A stretch of DNA of 63,991 nucleotides, filler included, from Stramenopiles sp. TOSAG23-3 (taxonomy: Eukaryota): assembly GCA_900128585.1 (NCBI GenBank). It is 5 parts of 5 records of this genome, joined end to end, with 100 filler letters (N's around TTAATTAATTAA, not from the genome) between each part and the next. Parts side by side here need not be neighbours in the genome. Positions count along the whole stretch, not along the records: positions 26,170 to 39,118 come from LT642654.1; positions 39,219 to 52,144 come from LT642655.1; 3 more parts are not named here. One strand, written 5' to 3'. Below are positions 30,365 to 40,220 of this stretch, in pieces (the first letter of the stretch is position 1; each line of letters opens with the position of its first letter). The notes under the pieces are model-generated. The model was not told the origin of the DNA. It worked only from the letters and a program-made list of their open reading frames with translations, and made no database searches. The translations under genes were made by a program, and so were the position numbers.

Positions 30365-31357
30365 ATGGGGGAGCAATATAAACTACAGGCATTTAATCGA
30401 AGACTTGAAACTGTTAGGAATGGTCTTATGTTTGACCCTCAGGATTCAGATCCTTTGAGTTCGCGGATTGCCCATAGATTCATGTTTGCAGAATTTCTAG
30501 GCTCGCTATTCTTTGGGTTGATTTCCCAAGGGAGTGTAATCGCTAGTGGCGCGTTAACTTTCGAGTTTACATACCACAACTTATTCCCTGGCCGTTTGAT
30601 GACTATATCGCTGGCAAACGCGTTTGCACAAACGTCGATTTTGTATTCTGTATTACCGTACGCAACACACGTGGGATCAAAACAAGAAGGCCATAACGAT
30701 GAGGGTCCCTCCTCGAGCCAGTTGTCTATTGGTAGAGACCAATACGTTGTCGGACATTTCAACCCCGTCGTTACACTCGCGATGGTTGTATTAAAGGAAA
30801 TACGCTTAGGGCAAGCAATAATGTTTTGGGTTGCCCAATTTTTTGGTTTTGCTCTTGCGTCTCTATTATTAATCAATAGTGTACCTGATGCAGAAAATTC
30901 TATTCTTGGTGTTCCGCAAAAATGTTTTAAATGCTCACAACAAAAGTCGTTGCTGATGGAAATAGTTTTGACCTTTTTCATGATTTGGTCGTGCTTTATT
31001 TTTATGGTGCGTCCCCCCAAAGGATTTGTTTCTGAGTTTAAAGCCAGCCTGTTTGGCTTTTTCTTAGTTTCATCGCAGTTTGTTGGCGCTGGGGTTTCTG
31101 GCGCTTGCATGAACCCAGCTCGTGCACTTGGACCTGCTCTCGTCGCTGGACACTGGGAAGATTTGTGGGTCTATATAGTTGGTCCTGTTGTCGGAATGTT
31201 CCTTGCAATTGTGGTAATTTATTATGAAACCGCGGAAACGAAACAAAAAAATGCCATGGGAGATATTGTACTGACTCGTTTTCCTGTGAAGTATGACCAC
31301 ATGGAATCTTATCATCACATGTATCCGGATAGAAAAAATGTTGAAGCTTCAAAATAA
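30365..31357 (+). CDS. Aquaporin / MIP channel
   Basis: AEFLG, GHFNPVVT and GACMNPARALGP motifs; six TM segments. Confidence 0.92.
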   Translation: MGEQYKLQAFNRRLETVRNGLMFDPQDSDPLSSRIAHRFMFAEFLGSLFFGLISQGSVIASGALTFEFTYHNLFPGRLMTISLANAFAQTSILYSVLPYATHVGSKQEGHNDEGPSSSQLSIGRDQYVVGHFNPVVTLAMVVLKEIRLGQAIMFWVAQFFGFALASLLLINSVPDAENSILGVPQKCFKCSQQKSLLMEIVLTFFMIWSCFIFMVRPPKGFVSEFKASLFGFFLVSSQFVGAGVSGACMNPARALGPALVAGHWEDLWVYIVGPVVGMFLAIVVIYYETAETKQKNAMGDIVLTRFPVKYDHMESYHHMYPDRKNVEASK

Positions 31358-32082
31358 TGTCTGAAAAAGAAAAATATGGGAAGACTGGGTAGTTTGACCA
31401 TTGACAGTACATTTTACTTAGGCAAGGTAATGAAATATTATACTTAACACCAATTACTGATGAGATAGAGAGAGCAAGCCCAGAATTTAATGGCATGACA
31501 GCACAAATTAAATGCTGTGTTCCAAAAAAAACATGATAGAGAAATACACTTCATGTTCCAAGTACGTGCACGGATTTGAATACAACACGTACAAATCAGT
31601 TAGTTCACTTAGTTTACATAAACGATTCGGAATTTTATTACAAGTACGAAATCAGGCGTAAATGTTTGTGTTCAATGCATCTTCTACTTTAACAAGAGAA
31701 AGTGTTCCCTTATTATAATATCGCACTTCCCGTAAATTTTCTCTAAGATATGATATTTCCAAACTGCCTAAATTTTTTATTTTTAATAAAAAAAACAAAT
31801 TATATAGTAGTTTTAAGACTCTCATTCTAAATCAATTACTATTTCATTTCCAACCCTAATCCTATCTTGATGTTTTAATTTGATTTTTTAATTTCGTTTC
31901 GTCGTTGATGATTGATTGTCAATCATCACAGAGGAATTATTTTTATTCCAATGAGAAGAATTTTATTTTTAATTATGATAGACTACAGTATTCTTCCTTT
32001 TTTATACAGGATTTTATTGTTATCTAAAAGTTATACTGAAATCTAAACGATCCTTTTGATAGAGTTCTAAGGGAAATCTGAC

Positions 32083-32212
32083 TTATCGGAGCCGCTCAGT
32101 AGAGATTATTAGCATTCAAATAGACAGAGCATCCTTCGCTATGCTCTGCCGATCCGGCTGATAATTCTACCTCAGGCCTACGTGTGTAGGCCAACCTATT
32201 GTTATTTTTTTT
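32083..32212. ncRNA. Candidate small structured RNA (unassigned)
   Basis: Three stems within ~100 nt of locally GC-richer DNA, followed by a T-run. Confidence 0.3.
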
Positions 32213-32688
32213 GTAAATACAGTTTTGTATTTGAAAGTATACGAGCTCGTACAGTGCTGACAGATTCTTTTTCCTTGTTTTGTTTAAGGTATTTTCAAAA
32301 ATATGTAATGGTCAGCAATAAACTTCCTTCCTAGTAAACGCAACGAAGAATATTATCCAGTACAACTCAGGCACCCTGGCTGTCCTTCAAGTTTGTTGTA
32401 CCAACAACATTTTTGAAAGCATTTTGTGTAGTAGTAGTATTAGCATTTACGACGACACGAAGAAGAAGCAAAAAAACAAATAAAAAAAAGTCGTCGACGA
32501 GACGACGAAGAAGATGAAGAAGGAAAAGAAAAAAAAGAAGAGAAGAACATAATCCCAGAGTAGGAACTTTACCATAAAGCTAAGTTCACCAACGGTACAC
32601 GTATTGATTGCTTTCAAAATGTTACTTGAAATGCCGAGTACATGTCCGGTACAAGACTACGAGGAACGGTTTAAATGCATTAAGTATA

Positions 32689-34194
32689 ATGGCAGTGAAC
32701 AGTTCAGAAGTTAACCTTTTGGTGTACCGGTACCTGCAGGAGTCGGGTTTCTCACATTCTGCTTTTACTTTTGGACATGAGTCGCTTGTTTTCAAGTCAA
32801 CAGTTGCGAATGCAGACCTTCCTCCAGGTGCACTGATATCGATTCTTCAGAAGGGCTTACAATATATTGAGATAGAGGCTCATCTCAACGAGGATGGGTC
32901 TGAAAGAGCAATCCCTGAACCCTTTGCTCTTCTAGCTCCCCAAGCTGTCAGAGCACATAGAGCAACAGCTCTGCAAAATGAAAGTTACTTAAAGCGGGAA
33001 GAGGAACTTGCTCGGCTTTCCCATGATCGAATTGCTGGTAAAGTTGTCGTTCCAGAATGTGTCGCTACTTTAAAAGGACATTCTTCTGAGGTGTTCATTT
33101 GTTCATGGAACCCAAAGCTTGACTTGCTGGCTTCTGGTTCAAAGGACTCTACCGCTCGCCTGTGGCAAGTTCCTCCTGGTCAATCTGGCCGTCCTGCTGG
33201 TGAAGTAGCATCAAAAACTTCTTGTGTTTTAGAACATGTGGACGTGAATGATATCAATAAACAACATAAAGATGTTACTACCTTAGACTGGAGTGCAGAC
33301 GGTGCTTTGTTGGCCACTGGCACTTTTGATGGACAAGCGCGGATTTGGACACGTGAAGGGTCCCTCTTGTCTACTCTCACGAAACACACAGGCCCCATTT
33401 TTTCTCTAAAATGGAACAAGTCTGGAAGATATCTTTTGAGCGGTAGTGTTGATAAAACTACGATAGTTTGGGATGCACAATCAGGTACGGTAAAGCAACA
33501 ATTTAAGTTCCACAGAAAACCAACTCTTGATGTAGATTGGAGAGATGAATCTTGTTTCGCCACATGCTCCTCTGATCGTTTAATTCATGTATGCCAGTTA
33601 GGAGAGGATACCCCCATTGCAACTTTTGTTGGCCACGAAGATGAGGTCAATGGCATTAAATGGGACCCATCTAAACGGGTACTTGCATCATGTTCCGATG
33701 ATGGCACCGCCAAACTCTGGAAAATAGGACACAAACCAAATGATGGGACTGTAGCTGCTGAAGACAATTCATTAAGTTATTCAAAAAATGCATGGGTGCA
33801 CAGTTTTGATGATCACTTAAAAGAAGTTTATACTATACGGTGGAGTCCTTGTGGGGAGGGCTCCGTAAACCCCAACAAGCAATTGCTCTTGGCAAGTGCA
33901 TCATTTGATTCTGACATAATGCTTTGGGATGTTGAAACTATGAAGCGCGTTCATTGGCTACAAAAGCATTCAAACCCAGTTTATTCTGTTTCCTTTAGCC
34001 CTGATGGCAAATATTTAGCATCTGGTGCATTTGACAAATGTCTGCATATCTGGTCTGTTAAGGATGGTACATTGATAAAGACATATCGAGGTCCTGGTGG
34101 AATTTTTGATGTATCCTGGAATGCATCGGGCAGCAAGGTAGCAGCCGGATTTTCTGACAACTCCGTTGTTGTCGTCGACTTGAAAATGATGTAG
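32689..34194 (+). CDS. TBL1: TBL1/TBL1XR1/HOS15 LisH-WD40 co-repressor subunit
   Basis: SSEVNLLVYRYLQESGFSHSAFTF LisH; PPGALISILQKGLQY; WD40 repeats with KDVTTLDW and LASASFD. Confidence 0.95.
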   Translation: MAVNSSEVNLLVYRYLQESGFSHSAFTFGHESLVFKSTVANADLPPGALISILQKGLQYIEIEAHLNEDGSERAIPEPFALLAPQAVRAHRATALQNESYLKREEELARLSHDRIAGKVVVPECVATLKGHSSEVFICSWNPKLDLLASGSKDSTARLWQVPPGQSGRPAGEVASKTSCVLEHVDVNDINKQHKDVTTLDWSADGALLATGTFDGQARIWTREGSLLSTLTKHTGPIFSLKWNKSGRYLLSGSVDKTTIVWDAQSGTVKQQFKFHRKPTLDVDWRDESCFATCSSDRLIHVCQLGEDTPIATFVGHEDEVNGIKWDPSKRVLASCSDDGTAKLWKIGHKPNDGTVAAEDNSLSYSKNAWVHSFDDHLKEVYTIRWSPCGEGSVNPNKQLLLASASFDSDIMLWDVETMKRVHWLQKHSNPVYSVSFSPDGKYLASGAFDKCLHIWSVKDGTLIKTYRGPGGIFDVSWNASGSKVAAGFSDNSVVVVDLKMM

Positions 34195-35773
34195 AAGCAG
34201 TATATGAGGGATTGGTATATAAGAACAAAATATTTGCTCTGTTACTTAGATACTATCTTAAAGTTATATGACTACTGAAATTTGCCCAATTCATCCATCA
34301 ACAGTGCAGTGTAATTTTTTTTCGTCCACTAAAGTTTTACTCCCTTCCTGTACTGCGATTTGTGAAATCGTAGTGTAGTGTCCCCTATCAACGTTATTCT
34401 AAACTGATAAAAAGTGCATTTCCTTAAGGAAAAAACACAAAGAAACACCGATGCTGTGTTTGTCTGTAAAGTGAGGATTGGTGAGATTTGGTTGAGGAGT
34501 TCAATTCTTCTGAGGGCCCTTTACGGCGGCAACAACTACGCAAAAAAATGACGCATAATAAAGAAGAAGAAAGAAGTGAGAGAGATGTATGATGGTTTGT
34601 CGGGGGACGAAATGAAAGGATTTATTTTACCATTACCTGGTATAGGTACTGTATATATTTGGCCAATATAAGTGTTTCACTATTTTCCCATTTTTTGTTG
34701 CATCAGCAAAACGTAAAAAGCAAAGAACTACTGCAAATCGGCCAATTCGCTTATTTGAATCTGTTATCATTAATTACCAATGCTGTGGTTATATTTTAAA
34801 ATAAGGCATATTTTAAACAAAAAAGCCTTAATTAAAAAAATATTAGAGTCCAACAGTGTATTTTTGACTTTAAAACAAGAAAAAGAAATATCTCGTTGAA
34901 ATGCTAGTGTTTTCCTTAACTATAAATTACGAGTGCTGTGTGATGTAATTTGATGGTATTGTGATATTATTATTTCGTTAGGCCGGTTTCTTAAAGAGCT
35001 TGTGTAACAACTATTTTAAGAAAATTTGATAAAATTAAAGAAGAAAAAAAGCAAATAAGGATTATTGGATTATATTACAATATGTTTGATGGGAACAATG
35101 GTAATACTGTTTAGCTGTTGAAAGTTATTTAGTTATCCAAGTTCATGAGTTCGTTTTAATCATAATGGTTCTATAGTTGATTTAATGTTGTTACCTTCTT
35201 CATAGTTATATGAGTACATAAAAGTAATCAAAATAATCATCGGTACTACAGTATTTAAATGTTGTATTCTAATTCAAAAACTTGATTTTTCCAATTTCGT
35301 TTTCATGAAGGTTAAGAAAGAGGTTTCGTAAATACTAATAAAGTAGCATTTAATTTTGAATTTATTAATTTTAGTACATTATTTGACTGGAACCACACAA
35401 TACGAGTTCTAATACTTAAATAAAAGTAGGGCCTAAAGTGAAAAGTTAAATGTTGTCGAGGAGCTGAGCTGCTCTATTATTATTAGATAAAATAATAATA
35501 GAATAATAAAGAAGTAGACAAAAAAAAAAAAAATGATTGAAGCATGAAGAAATTTGACTCAATAAAATTGCAGTGACAGCCACTACGAAAGGAAATAATA
35601 CAACAATATGCTGAAGTATAGTAGTGTACTGGTGTTCCATGTTATCAGGTAAGTAACTGTGGAATTGTGCAAGCTCAATTTGATCACAATTTGAAATAGC
35701 TTAATTTGATTTGATCACAATTTGAAATAGCTTGGGTATCTTTCTTTCGTTATTTATTCTGTAAGGCGCAAAT

Positions 35774-37297
35774 ATGAACTCCGTAGGCGGCAGTGTCTAC
35801 ATTTCGACCTTGGAGGACGACTACAGTAGTCTCGGTAGTTCATGCGTGAGACCTAATATGATAACTAGCAGTATTAGAGGCGATAGCGGCGGTGCACGCA
35901 TCACTTTAAACCCTGGCTCCAACGGAGCAGCAACTATTGTGGAGAAAGAGGTTGCTCGGGTAACACCGAGTGACTGTTTGGCGTGTAGTGGTTGTGTTAC
36001 TTCAACTGAAAACGTTCTCATTGCAGCTCATAACACTGACCTACTGAGTAAAGAATTGGAGCATAATCCTAAGAAAACTTTTGCTTTAAGCATATCTCCC
36101 CATGCTCGTGCATCATTGGCAAACCATTTCGGTTGCACTTTAACCGAGTGCCACCAGCGATTAGTAACTTATTTCCGTAGTATAGGTATTCGATATATAT
36201 TCGATACCGTGAGCGCTACGGAAATTATCCAAGAAGAAATATCACGTGAATTCATATCGAACTTTCAACCTAGAGGTACGGGGCAGGGGGGGGGGGAGGC
36301 AACAGGTACCATATTTACTAACCACAGCAATAAAATGCCTATGATGACGTCATCTTGCCCTGGCTGGATTTGTTATGCTGAAAAAAAGCACCCTGACATT
36401 TTACCGCATATCACCACGTGCAAGTCCCCACAGCAAGTCTTGGGAAGGGTGTTGAAAACAAAATTGCTTGTGAAAGAAACAAGTTTATACCATGTAACAT
36501 TAATGCCATGTTTTGACAAAAAGCTTGAATCTTCTCGGCAAACATTACGAGAGACGTACACAGGGGAGGGGAGGGTTATTCCTGATGTAGATTTAGTTAT
36601 CACCCCAACTGAACTGTTGAAATTATTTCAAAAAGATGGAATTGACTTCAAAGGTTTGGCATTAGCCCCATTCCCTGCAGTAGATAGTATCGAACGCCGA
36701 TTCGTTAGTGTTGAAAATATAAACGGAAGAGATAAAATAGTCACTGCCGCAAATGATTCTTCACATTCCGGTAGTTCGGGGGGTTATTTAGACTATGTTT
36801 TGCGAGCTACTGCAACTCGCTTGTTTCATTTAGATACATTCAACAGCTTCAAGAAATTGAATTTCCAAGTACAGAGAAACAGGGATTTCAAAATTATACA
36901 TTTATTGGCTGGTGACGAAGTTCTGGTAAAATTTGCTTTGATTTATGGATTTCGAAATATAGAAATTATTTTAAAAAAGCTGAAAAGCGGGGATAGAATA
37001 TTTGATTTTGCAGAAGTAATGGCATGCCCAAGTGGCTGTTTAAATGGAGGCGCACAAATTAAACCAAAGAAACGCCCGAAAGCAAAGCAAATGCTTGCAA
37101 GCATTAAACAGTTATGTGATAGTAGCATGAGCCGAAAAACTCATGATTTTGTAGGTTTGTGTGCAAAAAATAGTTTCATATACGATGGAATTTTCAATGG
37201 GAATTTATTCTCTTCAGAATCCCAGAAGAATTTTCGCACACAGTACAAAGCAGTTTCATCATTGAAAAAGAATTCATTTGCCAACACGGCTTGGTGA
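35774..37297 (+). CDS. NAR1: Cytosolic Fe-S assembly factor NAR1/NARFL (FeFe-hydrogenase-like)
   Basis: DCLACSGCVTSTE, SSCPGWICYAEK, MPCFDKKLE, YGFRNI and EVMACPSGCLNGG motifs; terminal W. Confidence 0.93.
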   Translation: MNSVGGSVYISTLEDDYSSLGSSCVRPNMITSSIRGDSGGARITLNPGSNGAATIVEKEVARVTPSDCLACSGCVTSTENVLIAAHNTDLLSKELEHNPKKTFALSISPHARASLANHFGCTLTECHQRLVTYFRSIGIRYIFDTVSATEIIQEEISREFISNFQPRGTGQGGGEATGTIFTNHSNKMPMMTSSCPGWICYAEKKHPDILPHITTCKSPQQVLGRVLKTKLLVKETSLYHVTLMPCFDKKLESSRQTLRETYTGEGRVIPDVDLVITPTELLKLFQKDGIDFKGLALAPFPAVDSIERRFVSVENINGRDKIVTAANDSSHSGSSGGYLDYVLRATATRLFHLDTFNSFKKLNFQVQRNRDFKIIHLLAGDEVLVKFALIYGFRNIEIILKKLKSGDRIFDFAEVMACPSGCLNGGAQIKPKKRPKAKQMLASIKQLCDSSMSRKTHDFVGLCAKNSFIYDGIFNGNLFSSESQKNFRTQYKAVSSLKKNSFANTAW

Positions 37298-37756
37298 CCC
37301 CAGAAAAACGACACAATGACATGTTTGTGTTATTTTCGTTTGTCTGAATTTACCAGTAAGTACAAGAGGGGGGGTTGTACATAGTCAGTATGTTATTTTA
37401 TGATCTGGAAAAATGAATAAAATTCTTCAGGGTGCACAAAAAAAACAATCACTTTCTGTCAATGGGGTTTTGTTGAAAAGTTTAAAAAAAGAAGAGGATG
37501 ACAGAAAATTCGAATTATGTTTAAATCCTAATTTATGTTACTTTGAGTAAGAGTCTGAATCTCGTGGCCTAAACTAATTTACCTATTAAATAATATACTT
37601 ATATGAACGGAAAATCTTTTTTTGGAAAATCCAATAAAAACGAGTATAAATAGGAATACTCCTTAGATTACTGTACTCTGTACATATGTTTTTAAGTGTT
37701 TTCATTAATTTCCATTATTATTATATTGATGCTACACCATGTAACAAAAGAAAGGA

Positions 37757-38125
37757 GTGAAGCCAGCGTGGGACTCGACCGTGTGAATCTTGGATGATCC
37801 TAACCCCACATCGCTAGCAGGAGGAAGGTTTCTCAATCTCCTCCTTGTTAACTGTAAATCGGCCCAGCGGGCCGACGGCATCTTGAACAAATAGGGCAGT
37901 GCAGGTAGATCGATTGACTAGATTTTAAAATATTAGTTTCTGCCAATGGTATACCACACTGTGGCTTTCCACGGCAGCCATGGCAAAAGACTGCAAGCTT
38001 TCCATAACATGTGAACGAAAATACGCTCAAGAAGTGGGGATAAAACTTCGCACCACAGTGAGGCCTCTTTATTCGTGTAAACCATGCTTTTACGCATCTG
38101 CCGAGTCTAGCACATCTCCCTGCCT
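37757..38125. ncRNA. Candidate ~350-nt structured RNA (telomerase-RNA-like layout possible)
   Basis: GC-richer island with end-to-end pairing, several hairpins and CCTAACCC at 37799-37806. Confidence 0.3.
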
Positions 38126-38338
38126 CCCTTCCCAGATACTTTCACAAGTATTGTAATATAACCCAAGAAATATAGAAACATGGACGACAACGAAAGAGTT
38201 AATTCGTATTAGTTGTTCTAGTAGGATATTTTTTTATTAAAGAAGTCTAACAACAAAACGTTCTAGTACCTTGTAGGATACAAAAAAATATTATATACAG
38301 TTCTTGACCGCACTTCCTAGACTACGCCTAGGAAGTGC

Positions 38339-38517
38339 GTATTCAGTTATAAGCCCAAAAAAATATTCAGTTATAAGCCCTTTTTTTCTTGAGATTTTTC
38401 TGCATGCTATTCCTATTGTAGAATATACGATTGCATTTGGCAAATGATTGCTTAATTGTGCTATTTCCTTCCTATGTACTATTTCCCTTGATTCGATTTG
38501 GGCTTATAAGTGAATAC
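38339..38517. mobile_element. Putative MITE with 21-bp TIRs
   Basis: GTATTCAGTTATAAGCCCAAA (38339-38359) and TTTGGGCTTATAAGTGAATAC (38497-38517), 1 mismatch; extra internal copy at ~38364. Confidence 0.65.
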
Positions 38518-39118
38518 ATTAACATAGCAGGTGATGTGGCAAGATTAAAAAATTCTTTTTTATAATCCCTTAACTTTTGGGGGTTAGGGAGAGATGTGTG
38601 GCTGATGTAGGGTACAATTATGTTGACAGAGGCTGATCATTACACCTCTGCTCTTTTCTTCGTCTGTTTTTTATGTAGAAGTGTTTTTTATTTCACAATA
38701 ATTGGTTTAGTTTAGTTTCACTCTACGTATTTATATAGGTAAATATTACAAGTACAAAAAAACATGGAATTTTATCGCAAAATCTTTAAATACCGTACTT
38801 GTAAAAAAACACTTCTATGCTATTTCTATGTATTAGTTAAAAATCATCCTAATGGTGTGTTGCTGTAATAAAAATTCCTATTTTTTAGGTGCGATAACAC
38901 TAAAAACTACAATCAGTAGAAATAATAAAAGTTTTATCAAGAAAACACAGCGTTTTTTTCATACGCGGGGGGAAATTTCCAGTATCCTTTTAATTGAAAT
39001 AATACCATTTTAACAGTAATACAGCATTAATGGTATTACAATATATAAAATAGCCTTAATACAGTGCTTGGATAAATATGATCTTTTGTTGAAAAAAAAA
39101 AAAAAAAAAAAAAAAAAA

Positions 39119-39218
39119 NNNNNNNNNNNNNNNNNNNNNNNNNNNNNNNNNNNNNNNNNNNNTTAATTAATTAANNNNNNNNNNNNNNNNNNNNNNNNNN
39201 NNNNNNNNNNNNNNNNNN
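39119..39218. other. Artificial contig linker
   Basis: N44-TTAATTAATTAA-N44. Confidence 0.97.
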
Positions 39219-39297
39219 AATTTAAATTATATTAATAAAGTTTCCGTCTCCGTCCTCTCTCCCCTTTTTCTTCTTGGTTCTTTTTGGGTGGTGGATG
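39219..39297 (+). repeat. 79-nt exact direct repeat at the scaffold start (copy at 52066-52144)
   Basis: Identical sequence at both ends of piece 4. Confidence 0.95.
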
Positions 39298-39387
39298 GTG
39301 GATGGTGGATAGTTGAGTTGTTGGCCCCTCGTTTAACAATAGAGGTATATTTAGGGTTAATAGAAAAAGGCGTTTCTTCTTTCTCTC

Positions 39388-39555
39388 GAAGAAGGAAGAA
39401 GGAAGAAGAGAAAAAAAGAGGAGAAGAAGAAGCAAGAAAAGAAGAAGAAGAAGAAGAAGAAGAAGAAGAAAGAAGAAGAAGAAGAAGAAGAAGAAGAAGA
39501 AGAAGAAGAAGAGAAGAAGAAGAAGAAGAAAAAAAAAGAAGAAAAAAAAAAGAAG
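39388..39555. repeat. (GAA)n microsatellite
   Basis: Direct reading. Confidence 0.9.
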
Positions 39556-39749
39556 CGAATTAATAATAATACTAATAATTATTTAAAAAAATGGAATAAT
39601 ACACAGTAATAATAAATAATTTATTTTTACATGTTCTTTACTTCGCATACTTTTGCAAAACACACATCAAGAGAACATTTGAGCTCATACAATGAGCTTG
39701 ATTTTTTTTACAAGAGGCAGTGAAACAAAATCAGTTTAGCGTCAACAAA

Positions 39750-40115
39750 ATGAGCAATCGTAGAGGTGGACGGAAGGTCGACCAGGCAAAAGGGGAGAGT
39801 GACGAAAGCGAACCGTCCTCCAGTCCTTTATCGCCGCGGTGTACAGATGGAGAAGAAGAAGCAGACAGGATTGAAGCGAAATACGGTAATTTTAGAATGT
39901 TGTACGGTGGGTCACAACTGTATAAAAAATATAATGATGGTTACAGCTCGGGCGAAGACGATGCATCTGAACCCCCAGCATTTTTAAGAAATATACCTAT
40001 TGACAGGGACGGCGAAAACAAATACGATTTAGAGTGGCCAAGCGCAGAGCCTGAGGAGAACGAAATTTTTCTTTCGCAGTCTTCTATGGGATGGAAATTG
40101 GCTTCTAAGAATTAA
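39750..40115 (+). CDS. Small acidic hypothetical protein
   Basis: ATG at 39750, coding-like composition, convergent with the SET gene. Confidence 0.5.
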   Translation: MSNRRGGRKVDQAKGESDESEPSSSPLSPRCTDGEEEADRIEAKYGNFRMLYGGSQLYKKYNDGYSSGEDDASEPPAFLRNIPIDRDGENKYDLEWPSAEPEENEIFLSQSSMGWKLASKN

Positions 40116-40220
40116 TTTTTAGAAAAAGTGTTAAACGGCTTTAATAGTTGATTAACACGAGTTTAATAAAATTTAAAACACGAGTTTAATAAATTTTAAA
40201 CTCTTCACATGCACTCTCTC

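Noticed and set aside
30365-31357. NPV instead of NPA in the first aquaporin box
   Set aside because: Known, common MIP variation
34460-34522. tRNA-like T-arm (GAGTTCAATTCTT)
   Set aside because: No matching acceptor stem, D-arm or anticodon arm found
35677-35733. Tandem duplication of TTTGATCACAATTTGAAATAGCTT upstream of NAR1
   Set aside because: Ordinary slippage duplication; no further evidence of function
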